Shown: in pieces, positions 28,368 to 36,800 of the stretch | How the letters are laid out: each line of letters begins with the position of its first letter | Numbering within the stretch: the stretch's first letter is position 1 | Origin: a virus | Lineage: Duplodnaviria > Caudoviricetes | Direction: 5' to 3' (one strand) | DNA: 64,000 bases | IMG/VR virus record: IMGVR_UViG_2706795703_000001 | Coordinates: 8,140-72,139 of that record | The notes under the pieces: model-generated | What the model saw: the letters and a program-made list of their open reading frames with translations, nothing else | What the model was told of the DNA's origin: nothing | Databases searched by the model: none | Program-made: the position numbers and the translations under genes

Positions 28368-29116
28368 GCGATTGCGTAGACGAGACACACCTGCAAGAGC
28401 TGGACGGGGTCATCAGCCCCCAGCCGTGGATGCAGTGGCGGCACGTCGGCGGCGTGGAGGCCCCCAGCAAAACGGGCAACTACAACGTCACCATGACGTC
28501 AGGCGGCCTGGGCACCGTCGACGTCTTCGGCACCATCGGCAGCCTGTTCGGCAGCCTGTTCTCGTCCATCCCACTGCTGTTCGGCAAGTCGTCGCCGCTG
28601 GCCGGGCTGCTGGCGTCGGCCAGCGCGGGCGGCAACAAAAACGACCTGCTGCACGCGCTTCAGCTGAGCTGGACCAACGGCAGCCCCGTGGCCCAGGACG
28701 TCTACGGGCTGATCACGCGCGGCGGTGCGCGGGTCAGCCTTCAGCCGCGCAGCCGGGGCGGGCTGGTGCTGCGCAGCGGCTACGCCAAGCACGCCAGTGA
28801 CCCCGGCACCCTGACCGACAGCTCCATGTTCGGCGTCGGTGCCGACCTGGGGCGCGGCGGGACACTGAGCCTGGGGACGACCTACGGCGTGGCCGAGCAC
28901 CGCATGAACAGCGTGACCATCCCGCTGGCACCGGAGCGCACCGGCTGGCTGCGCCTGGCCCCCGGTGAGACCATCACCGCCGCCCTGGAGCTGCGCTTTA
29001 TCAGCGAGTTCTGGGAAAACACCACCATCGACGGCGGCGACACCGGCAGCGAGTCGAGCTACACCACCGGCGCAACGCGCCTGGACCTGTTCGCGGTACC
29101 GGTAATCTCTGGGTGA
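28364..29116 (+). CDS. Minor tail protein (250 aa), paralogue 3 of 3
   Basis: GTG 28364 at a GTGA overlap; WTNGSP motif. Confidence 0.7.
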   Translation: MSDCVDETHLQELDGVISPQPWMQWRHVGGVEAPSKTGNYNVTMTSGGLGTVDVFGTIGSLFGSLFSSIPLLFGKSSPLAGLLASASAGGNKNDLLHALQLSWTNGSPVAQDVYGLITRGGARVSLQPRSRGGLVLRSGYAKHASDPGTLTDSSMFGVGADLGRGGTLSLGTTYGVAEHRMNSVTIPLAPERTGWLRLAPGETITAALELRFISEFWENTTIDGGDTGSESSYTTGATRLDLFAVPVISG

Positions 29117-29143
29117 CTACCCCTCCGGCCTCGGGAGACTGCC

Positions 29144-29506
29144 TTGCTGTACGAACCGCCCCCAGGGTTTGACGATTGCGAGGCTGACGCCGACGCAGCC
29201 CCGACGCCTGCCAGCTGGCCGTACCACGAACTGGAGGTCGAGGGGGTGGGCACGCTGCACGCCCGGCGACCACTGCCCAACGCCATCCCCAACCTAGCCG
29301 GGGCTGCGCGGGCCAAGATCAAGCCCCAGGCGCGCATCGACCACCTGGACCTGTTCGTGCAGAACCACCTGGCCGAGGGCGAGTTCGAGACGCTGCTGGC
29401 GCGCATGATGACCGAGGACGACATGCCGCCGGACGCCATGCTGCGGGTCAGCCGCGCGATTGCGACGGCGGGCACTGCCCGCCCTACACGGCGGTCATCT
29501 ACCTAG
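29144..29506 (+). CDS. Second tail assembly chaperone (G-like, 120 aa)
   Basis: Aligns by eye to the 12425 chaperone; ends ..ARPTRRSST; TTG start with SD GGGAG. Confidence 0.65.
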   Translation: MLYEPPPGFDDCEADADAAPTPASWPYHELEVEGVGTLHARRPLPNAIPNLAGAARAKIKPQARIDHLDLFVQNHLAEGEFETLLARMMTEDDMPPDAMLRVSRAIATAGTARPTRRSST

Positions 29507-29823
29507 CGTTGATGGCCGCGCACAATTGGCGGGCGTTGCGCACCCGCGCGTGGGAGAAGGGCCACGACAACCTGATGGGTGCCCCGACCATGCACGTGGT
29601 GCTCGACGCCATGGAGCAGTTGGGGCTGGAGTCGGCAATGTCGGGCGTCAAGTCCAACGCTGAAGCCCAGTCGGCCATGGCGTCGTTCTATGCCAAGCTG
29701 TACCGCCCCGACCCCACGGCATACAAGGTCAACGGCGAGGGCTATATGCCGCCACCGCCCGGGTTCAGCGACGAGGAAATGGAAGCGTCGTTTGACGCCT
29801 TCCTGTCCAGCGGGGCACGGTAA
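29485..29823 (+). CDS. GT-like C-terminal part of the chaperone, reached by probable -1 frameshift at C-CCT-AC (29482-29487)
   Basis: The -1 frame reads PYTAVIYLALMAAHNWRALR across the G stop; no SD before 29509. Confidence 0.55.
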   Translation, partial: YTAVIYLALMAAHNWRALRTRAWEKGHDNLMGAPTMHVVLDAMEQLGLESAMSGVKSNAEAQSAMASFYAKLYRPDPTAYKVNGEGYMPPPPGFSDEEMEASFDAFLSSGAR

Positions 29824-29870
29824 CCACCGCTAAACACCGCTGGGGACGGCTGGGCAGCTATCCTGCACCC

Positions 29871-30290
29871 ATGGCTATAACGACGGTGCTGATGGATACC
29901 AGCGCTCCGTCGGGCTCAAAGCTGGACCCCGCTTTCGCTGCCGAGGTCGCGGCGGTAGCCCCAGGCAACATCGAGCCGGGCGAAGTCGACACCATCCACC
30001 TGGCTGACGAGTCGGTCACCAGACCCAAGATCGCCCCAGGGGCCGTAGACAGCCCCCAGATTGCCACCGGCGGCGTGAAGGCGGTCAACGTGGCCGCCGG
30101 TGCCGTCGGCACGCCCGCGCTGGCTGACGGGGCCGTGACAGCCGCCAAGGCCGGGGTGGGCGTGGTCACCGCCTACGACAGCGCAGGCAACCCTGTCACG
30201 CGCAAGGAGGTGGAGGTGACCACGGCGCAGTACAACGCGCTGGTCACCGCTGGGACGGTCGACCCGAACACCCGGTACTTCGTCAGCTGA
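29871..30290 (+). CDS. Tail fibre adaptor-like protein (139 aa)
   Basis: ADxAVTxxK 10-aa repeats; C-terminal TTAQYNAL...DPNTRYFV; leaderless start after TATCCT. Confidence 0.7.
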   Translation: MAITTVLMDTSAPSGSKLDPAFAAEVAAVAPGNIEPGEVDTIHLADESVTRPKIAPGAVDSPQIATGGVKAVNVAAGAVGTPALADGAVTAAKAGVGVVTAYDSAGNPVTRKEVEVTTAQYNALVTAGTVDPNTRYFVS

Positions 30291-31426
30291 TGCCGGTCTA
30301 CCAGGGCGCGGCCAACCACCCGGCGTTCACGCGGTGCTACGTCGGCACCCAGCGCTACCGCAAAATCTACGACGGCACCACACTGGTGTGGTCCGACACC
30401 GCCATCCACGACGGGTTCGACTGGGACGGCTGGCTGCAAGGCTGGATTAACGAGCTGTGCAGCGCCGAGGACTTGGGCGAGCTGATCAGCGACGGCTACG
30501 GCATGATCGTGGACGGCCTGGGCAACGTCGTCGGTTCGACCGTGGCCTACATTCAGGACGGCGTGAACGAGACGGGCAAGCTGGTGGCCAACGCGGGCAC
30601 CAGCCTGGTGGATGCATACTGCGGGGCCTGGGGCGGCAGCGCGCCGCCGGACGGGCTCATCGGCCTGGTGAACGGCATTCCGATCATCGGCGGCATCCTG
30701 GCCGACTGGCTGGCCGGGGACATCGACATCGAAAGCATCATCGGCAGCCTGCCGGTCATCGGCAATATCGCCAAGCAGATCGGCCTGTTGCCCGACAGCG
30801 CCGGGCACCTGCTGGACCCGCTGAACTACGTCATTGACGAGCTGGGCAACGTGGTCGGGACACTGACCTGCGGCAAGTACACCAACATCGGCGGCGGCAT
30901 AGGCGAGGACATCTGCTACGTCATCGGCGTGGTCGAGCAGGCGGCGCGGCTGCTGGTCCCCGACGGCCTGATGTCGCTGGACCAGCGCATCAGCCGGGTG
31001 CGGCACCCCACCACGCTGACAGCTGATGACGGGTGGCTGGAAGTGCAGATCGCCAACAGCGGCAGCCCCGGCTTCAGCACCCAGGTCTTCCGGCGCTACG
31101 CCAACGACGGCAGCGGGGCGCGCGGCGTGGGCATGGACTTCACCGACAACGCGGCGTCGATTGTGCGGCGCGTCGGCGGCGTCGACGCGCTGGTGGGCCC
31201 CAACATCTGCCGCTACACCGAGGGCGACGTGCTGACCATCGACCAGACGGGCAACCTGCACACCTTGCTGCTGAATGGCACCGACGTAGGGCAGTGGGAC
31301 GATAGCGGCGCTACGGCGGCGTCAGGTGCCTCAAACCGCTCTGTGGGCATGGTCATGCAAGGGGCCAAGGAATTTCTTGGCTCCCGGCGCTTCAGCCCGG
31401 CGCTGAATTACCTTGACGCTGGCTAG
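30290..31426 (+). CDS. Minor tail / receptor-binding candidate (378 aa)
   Basis: TGATG coupling; N-terminal KIYDGTTLVW docking motif; beta-sandwich C-terminus. Confidence 0.7.
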   Translation: MPVYQGAANHPAFTRCYVGTQRYRKIYDGTTLVWSDTAIHDGFDWDGWLQGWINELCSAEDLGELISDGYGMIVDGLGNVVGSTVAYIQDGVNETGKLVANAGTSLVDAYCGAWGGSAPPDGLIGLVNGIPIIGGILADWLAGDIDIESIIGSLPVIGNIAKQIGLLPDSAGHLLDPLNYVIDELGNVVGTLTCGKYTNIGGGIGEDICYVIGVVEQAARLLVPDGLMSLDQRISRVRHPTTLTADDGWLEVQIANSGSPGFSTQVFRRYANDGSGARGVGMDFTDNAASIVRRVGGVDALVGPNICRYTEGDVLTIDQTGNLHTLLLNGTDVGQWDDSGATAASGASNRSVGMVMQGAKEFLGSRRFSPALNYLDAG

Positions 31427-31606
31427 CTCGCGGCTGTCGCGGTAGCGCAGCCAGGACCATATACCGATCAATCCGGCCCCGGCGGCGGCGGTCACACCGG
31501 GGTGCGGATTGACGGTGAAAAACGACACGGCGAGCAACAGCGTTCCAGTTCCACCCATGAGGGCGACAGTAACGGGTCGGCTGTCGCGGCGCGCGTGCCT
31601 GGTCAT
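31331..31606 (-). CDS. Small membrane protein (91 aa), overlapping the 3' end of the convergent tail gene
   Basis: ATG at a TAATG overlap with the upstream gene; two hydrophobic segments. Confidence 0.55.
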   Translation of the reverse strand: MTRHARRDSRPVTVALMGGTGTLLLAVSFFTVNPHPGVTAAAGAGLIGIWSWLRYRDSRELASVKVIQRRAEAPGAKKFLGPLHDHAHRAV

Positions 31607-31812
31607 TACCGGCCGCCCCACCAGCCACGGCCTGGGCGCTCGGCGTGCCAAGCGTCGATGGTCTCCTCTTTCCAGCCCTTGTGGCGGCCCACCATCACAT
31701 CATGCGGTGGCAGGTCGATGCCGGACAAGCTGCGCACCGACTTCATGCCCAGGCGCTTGGCCACGTCCTGGCGGGACAGGTACACCGGCACCTTGCGTTC
31801 GGTGGTGGTCAT
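31606..31812 (-). CDS. AlpA/excisionase-like HTH DNA-binding protein (68 aa)
   Basis: YLSRQDVAKRLGM...LPPHD...GWKEETIDAW pattern. Confidence 0.75.
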   Translation of the reverse strand: MTTTERKVPVYLSRQDVAKRLGMKSVRSLSGIDLPPHDVMVGRHKGWKEETIDAWHAERPGRGWWGGR

Positions 31813-31814
31813 GG

Positions 31815-32240
31815 CTACGCCGTCCTCTCCCGTGGTGTGTTCCCCGACATCGTAAGGGTTATCACCGGCGACTCGTCGTCATCAGCAACGATCACGGCGG
31901 CGCGTCCGGCCACCAGACGGTGCCACTCCTGCCCCGGGGCATTGCTGACAGCTACCACCAGCAGGCGGTTTGCCGTCTCCTCGGCTGCGGCGATGATCTT
32001 GGCCACGTCGTCATCGAAGGCGTCGGTGACGCCTTCTACCTTGGTCAGCAGCCCCGGCGGGCAGGCGTCCTGGCCGGACTCGATGCGCTGGTAGTCGCGG
32101 CGGGACTTGCCCAGCATGACGGCCATTTCGCGCTGGTTCAGGCCCACGTACATGCGGTGGGCGCGGATGATTTCGCCGAACCCGTGCTCGTAACCCTCGG
32201 GCCTGACCTCCCGGGCGGGCTGGTCTGCGGTGATGGTCAT
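31815..32240 (-). CDS. XRE-family HTH protein (141 aa)
   Basis: IIRAHRMYVGLNQREMAVMLGKSRRDYQRIESG; ATG 32240 with SD AAAGGA. Confidence 0.8.
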   Translation of the reverse strand: MTITADQPAREVRPEGYEHGFGEIIRAHRMYVGLNQREMAVMLGKSRRDYQRIESGQDACPPGLLTKVEGVTDAFDDDVAKIIAAAEETANRLLVVAVSNAPGQEWHRLVAGRAAVIVADDDESPVITLTMSGNTPRERTA

Positions 32241-32308
32241 TGTGTTCTGTCCTTTCGTGGTGGTGGCCCCGGCACCGAGGGGCGGTGCCGGGGCCATGGG
32301 CTGGCGGG

Positions 32309-32929
32309 TTACCAGCCCATCTTGTCGGCGCAGACGGGGCCGATGCCCCGGGCGCGGCTGTCGTCGTTGGTCAGCTGCCGACCGCACACCCCGCACTCGC
32401 CAATCTCGTGGCCGTAGCGGGCGCTGGCGACCTCGGCACCGGCGGCGGCGATGCGGGACAGGATGGCCCGTCCCTGCTTCATGCTCAGCTTCTGCTCGTC
32501 GCCGCCGATGACCTGCTTGACGAAGACGTACCCGGCCCAGCGGCCGGTCTCGGGGCGGTCCACCTTGTAAAACGCGGTGCCGTTGACCGCGTGGACCTGG
32601 GTGTCGATGGCGTATCGACCGGCGGGCACGGCCACCTTGGTGTCGGCGGCAGGGGCCTTGGCGCGGCCGGTGTAGCCCTCAGCCTTCAGGCGGTCGATGT
32701 TGGCCGACACGGTGCGCTGGCTGCCGTTGTTCTCCAGGTACATGTCGATGCTGACCTGGGCGGCCAGCATGTCCGCGCCGGACGCCTGGGCCTTCTCGGT
32801 CATCAGCGCGCGCAGGTAGTCGACGCTGGCCGGGCTGGCGGGCTTGATGTAGGCGGCCGGGTCACCGGCGGTCTGGACGGCCCCGTGCGCGTCGGCCTGG
32901 GCGCTGATGGTGTCAAACGGTGTTCCCAT
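32309..32929 (-). CDS. DUF6011-like zinc-finger protein (206 aa)
   Basis: C-terminal CGVCGRQLTNDDSRARGIGPVC; SD AGGAG. Confidence 0.75.
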   Translation of the reverse strand: MGTPFDTISAQADAHGAVQTAGDPAAYIKPASPASVDYLRALMTEKAQASGADMLAAQVSIDMYLENNGSQRTVSANIDRLKAEGYTGRAKAPAADTKVAVPAGRYAIDTQVHAVNGTAFYKVDRPETGRWAGYVFVKQVIGGDEQKLSMKQGRAILSRIAAAGAEVASARYGHEIGECGVCGRQLTNDDSRARGIGPVCADKMGW

Positions 32930-32947
32930 GGTGTGCTCCTAGTTGCG

Positions 32948-33009
32948 GCGGGTCAGTCCCGCGTGGCTGGTATGTGACCAGACTAGACCGACTTAGGCGG
33001 GTTAGTCAA
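32948..33009 (-). promoter_or_regulatory. Operator-promoter cassette 2 (TTGACT-N18-TAGTCT) with leader hairpin
   Basis: -35 at 33004-09, -10 at 32980-85, hairpin at 32948-62. Confidence 0.8.
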
Positions 33010-33034
33010 CACCGGCATTGATACGATCAGCCCC

Positions 33035-34732
33035 GTGAGCTTCATCCGGTCAAAATTCGCGCCCCGGGCCCTGCTGACCGTCGACCAGTGGATAGCCATA
33101 TTCGTGGCGGTGGCCGACGAGCTGGACATGCCGGACAAGCGCGGCGCGGTGATCTGCGCCGCTATGTGCGCCTTCCAGGAAGCCGGGGCCGACCTGGACG
33201 ATGGCCGGGGCAGGCAGATATGGATCCCCGGCAACATGGCCGACCCGTGCTATGCCGCCGACCCCGACGCCTACCCGCACGACAGCGAGGGCAACGACGG
33301 CCAGAGCACCGGCCCGTTCCAGCAGCAGATGAACCGGCCCGGCACTACGCCGTGGGGCTGGGGCGGCAACTACGGCGACTGCACCGGCACCCGCAAGCGC
33401 ATGGACCCCTGGGACTCCACCCGCATGTTCTTCGGATGGCCGGGCAGCGGGCTGCGGGACAAGGGCTACGACGCCAGCAGCGCCCAGGCCGCCAACGACA
33501 GCATCCAGCGGGTCCAGGGCAGCGGTGTGCCGTGGGCCTACGGCCAGCACTGGGGCCTGGCCCAGGCGGCATACGCCCGTTACCTGGGCAACCCGATCCC
33601 GGCACCGCCCAGCCCTGGCGGCGGCGGTCCTGCACCGGCGCTGGCCCCAAACCCCGACTGGCGCGGAGACCCCCTCTATCTGCCCCAGCTACTGCGCGCG
33701 TTTGGGGTCAGCGTCACCACCTACACCGACGCCGACGGCATTCCGTGGGACCAGCGCGGCCACGGCGACTTCGGCCGTATCAGCTGGGTGCTGTGGCACC
33801 ACACCGGCAGCGTCAACGAGACCGACAACGGCATTGCCCACCACCCGGCGCTGGGCCTGGCCGCCAATATGCTGATCCACCCCGACGGTCACGTGGTGCT
33901 GACCGGGTCCGGCATTGCCTGGCACGGCGGGGCGGGCATATACCCCGGCATACCCGAAGACAACATCAACGGCATCAGCATCGGCATCGAATGCAGCTAC
34001 GGGCCCGACCGCAACGGCCAGTACACCCTGCCCTGGCCGACCGCGCAGATGAACGCCATGATCGCGGTGGGCGGTGCCATCAGCTGGTTCTTGGGCGACA
34101 CCCTGCCACCCAGCCACCAGATCGCTCACAAGGAATGGGCGGGTCGGGACAACCCGCTGGGCATCAATAAGCAAGGCAAGCCCGACCCCGGCAACCTCGA
34201 CATGACCTGGTTTCGCGCGCAGATCGCCGCGCGTGCCACCGCTGGCCCTACCGACCAAGGAGACGACTGGATGAGCAACCCCGACGCGCTACAGATGTTG
34301 GCCGACATTCACCGCGAAACGGTGACGCAGAAATCGCCCAGCCGGGCGTTCGTGGCCGAGGACGGCAAGCAGATCGACACCCCACTGGGCATCCTGTGGA
34401 ACGTCGACGGCAACGCCTGGACCCTGGTGCTGACCGAGGGCTACTGGAATGACGTGCCGCTGGCCGTCGCGGTGGTCGAGGACATTGCGGCCAACGGGGT
34501 GCGGCAGACCAGCTGGGCGGGGTCGGCCGACAAAGACTCCGACGTCAAGTTCAACCAGTGGCTGCGCGACTTCGGCCAGGCGTACTGCCAGGGCCTGGTC
34601 CGGCGCAAGGCGCAGTGGAATGCCATGTCGGCGGCCATCATCGCGCTGTCGGCCGCGCAGGCGGCGACGCCCAAGGCAGCCCCGCGCAAACGGGCGGCGA
34701 AGAAGGCCACCGCGACCAAGGCCGACCAGTGA
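33035..34732 (+). CDS. lysA: Lysin A (endolysin, 565 aa): N-terminal lysozyme-like domain, amidase-2 domain, C-terminal domain
   Basis: Amidase motifs LWHHTG, IGIE, AHKEW, KPDPG; directly upstream of lysin B. Confidence 0.9.
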   Translation: MSFIRSKFAPRALLTVDQWIAIFVAVADELDMPDKRGAVICAAMCAFQEAGADLDDGRGRQIWIPGNMADPCYAADPDAYPHDSEGNDGQSTGPFQQQMNRPGTTPWGWGGNYGDCTGTRKRMDPWDSTRMFFGWPGSGLRDKGYDASSAQAANDSIQRVQGSGVPWAYGQHWGLAQAAYARYLGNPIPAPPSPGGGGPAPALAPNPDWRGDPLYLPQLLRAFGVSVTTYTDADGIPWDQRGHGDFGRISWVLWHHTGSVNETDNGIAHHPALGLAANMLIHPDGHVVLTGSGIAWHGGAGIYPGIPEDNINGISIGIECSYGPDRNGQYTLPWPTAQMNAMIAVGGAISWFLGDTLPPSHQIAHKEWAGRDNPLGINKQGKPDPGNLDMTWFRAQIAARATAGPTDQGDDWMSNPDALQMLADIHRETVTQKSPSRAFVAEDGKQIDTPLGILWNVDGNAWTLVLTEGYWNDVPLAVAVVEDIAANGVRQTSWAGSADKDSDVKFNQWLRDFGQAYCQGLVRRKAQWNAMSAAIIALSAAQAATPKAAPRKRAAKKATATKADQ

Positions 34733-36054
34733 CCGCCCCGTGGCACCAGCCCAACACCGTGGGCGACGTCGACGCGGCCATTGTCCTGGCCAAGCAGAAG
34801 CTGGCCCGCTACAGCTACGGCAAGCCTGCCAACGACGGCACGCCGATCTACACCGTCGCATTCGGCACCGCGCTGGCTGAGTACCAACGTCGCCGCAACA
34901 TCGAAATTGACCAGGGCAAGTACCCCGGGCCCAAGATGACCAAGCCCGGCGAGCTGGACTACGCCACCAAAATTCAGCTGGAAATCGTGCCGCGCGCAGG
35001 CGGTGGGGCCAACCCACCGGCGGTGACCCGGCTGGGTGACGTGCATTACCTGGGCGCACCAGGCAGCGGGGCAGGCTGGTGGATCGGACCGTCGTTCGAC
35101 GTGGGCGAGTGGCTGAAGGAAAACCTGGGCGTGCACCACTGGCCGCTGGGCTTCCCCATTGGCGGCTACCTGGGGCTGATGGGCGGGGATAGCGCCCAGT
35201 CCTACATCGACACCGTCGCGCTGTGCGGGGCCGAACTCGAACGGCGTATCCGTGAGGACGTGCTGCCGCTGTACGGGGTGCAGCTGGCCCCCGGCGAGAC
35301 CATCAGCATGGAGGACACCGACGCGCTGCCTGCGGGCTTCAAGCTGCTGGTCAGCGGCTACAGCCAGTCAGCTGAGGCGGTGGTGCGGGCGTGCGAGCGC
35401 CTGTTCGGCGACGGCGGCATTTACGCCGCGCTGCGGTCCTACCTCACGGGCGTGCTGGTCTTCGGCAGCCCCGTCCGGCAGGGCGGGCCGACGCGCTACG
35501 GTCGCAGCCCGCGCGGCAAGGGCATCAGCGGCTACGTCGCCCCTGCCTGGCTGGCGGCGCTGCTCATCGACGTGGTCACCGAGACCCCGACCGCGCCGGA
35601 CTTCTACGCCTGCAACGTCAGCCCCATTGCCACCGCCGTCTACGACGTGGTGATCCATGCCGAGACCGAGCTGCCGTTCGTGGTCTACCTGGCCAAGCTG
35701 GCAATTCCGGCCATCCTGGGCCTGGTCAGCGGCGGCATCTTCGGCCCCGGCGGCGTCGGCGGGGTACTGACCAGCGCGGCCACGGTGCCGATCCTGGCAG
35801 GGCTGACCGGCATGACCGGCGGCCAGCTGCTGCCATTCGTCAACATGGCCCAGGGTGCCGATGACGACGTGCTGGCACCCCTGCGGGCGGCGCTGACACC
35901 GACGGGGCTACTGACCAGCCTGCCCGAGCTGATTGGCCTGTTGCTGGCACTGCCCGGCATCCAGACCCACGGGGAATACCACCTGCCCAAGAGTGAATTC
36001 GGTGGGCGCACCGGCGTGCAGGTTGGAATCGACCAGCTCAGGGCACTGCTGTAA
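34729..36054 (+). CDS. lysB: Lysin B (cutinase-like mycolylarabinogalactan esterase, 441 aa)
   Basis: GTG 34729 at a GTGA overlap; GYSQS nucleophile elbow, FGSP, C-terminal HGEY. Confidence 0.85.
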   Translation: MTAPWHQPNTVGDVDAAIVLAKQKLARYSYGKPANDGTPIYTVAFGTALAEYQRRRNIEIDQGKYPGPKMTKPGELDYATKIQLEIVPRAGGGANPPAVTRLGDVHYLGAPGSGAGWWIGPSFDVGEWLKENLGVHHWPLGFPIGGYLGLMGGDSAQSYIDTVALCGAELERRIREDVLPLYGVQLAPGETISMEDTDALPAGFKLLVSGYSQSAEAVVRACERLFGDGGIYAALRSYLTGVLVFGSPVRQGGPTRYGRSPRGKGISGYVAPAWLAALLIDVVTETPTAPDFYACNVSPIATAVYDVVIHAETELPFVVYLAKLAIPAILGLVSGGIFGPGGVGGVLTSAATVPILAGLTGMTGGQLLPFVNMAQGADDDVLAPLRAALTPTGLLTSLPELIGLLLALPGIQTHGEYHLPKSEFGGRTGVQVGIDQLRALL

Positions 36055-36093
36055 TCTGCGCATAGCGGCTCTCGTGGTTGTGGGTCCAGCGGG

Positions 36094-36135
36094 CAACGCC
36101 CCGACACCTGGGGAAGGTGTCGGGGCGTTGTTTGT
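36094..36135. terminator. Bidirectional terminator between lysin B and the replication block
   Basis: 16-bp perfect stem CAACGCCCCGACACCT / AGGTGTCGGGGCGTTG followed by TTTGT. Confidence 0.85.
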
Positions 36136-36146
36136 GCCGGGGACTG

Positions 36147-36764
36147 CTACAGCGACTTGCGCCATTCCTGGTAAATCGCCTTGTCCTCGTCGGACCCGGC
36201 GGCCAGGATGTAGGGCGCGGACTGACCGGGCTTCTTGTTGCCCTTCACGATCCGGCCCAGCAGCCACGCGGTGCCCTTGTCCAGGGCCTTCTTACCCTCG
36301 CGCACCAGCGGCTTGTTGTACACCATGATGTCCTCGATGCGTTCGCCCACCTTGTAGGTCTCAAACACCTCGATTTCGCCATCCTTGTTCAGGCAGGCCA
36401 CGCCGTCGTCGGTGGCCACGGCCACCGTCATGTTCGGCGTACCCGCCTCCGGCAACGTCAGCGGGATGATGTCGAAGCGGACGAACTCCGACTCCTCGCC
36501 GGGCTTGCTGACCGTGGTGGCCATGCTGCCGTGTTCGGTGGCGTGCATGAGCACCAGCTGGCCCAGGAAGGCCATGGGCTTGTAGCCGCTGATGCCAGTG
36601 GGGTCACTGGCGGCGAAGGGGTCACCCTTGCCCAGGGTGGTCTCCTCGCCCACGTTGGTCACGTCGTCAGCACCGGGCAGCGGTGCCTTCTCCTTGGCCG
36701 GTGCGGCAGCGGCGGGCTTGGCGGCGGTGGCGGTGCCGCCCTTCTTGTCAAACGGGCTTCCCAC
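36147..36764 (-). CDS. Putative ssDNA-binding protein (205 aa)
   Basis: SD AAGGAG; next to the exonuclease; beta-rich core with GNKKPGQSAPYIL. Function inferred from context. Confidence 0.55.
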   Translation of the reverse strand: MGSPFDKKGGTATAAKPAAAAPAKEKAPLPGADDVTNVGEETTLGKGDPFAASDPTGISGYKPMAFLGQLVLMHATEHGSMATTVSKPGEESEFVRFDIIPLTLPEAGTPNMTVAVATDDGVACLNKDGEIEVFETYKVGERIEDIMVYNKPLVREGKKALDKGTAWLLGRIVKGNKKPGQSAPYILAAGSDEDKAIYQEWRKSL

Positions 36765-36800
36765 GGTATTGCTCCTTGTGTTGGTGTTGGTGTTGATGGG

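Noticed and set aside
31606-32240. Lysogeny module (excisionase plus repressor)
   Set aside because: No integrase, attP-like site or parAB in the window; HTH proteins alone do not support a temperate lifestyle.
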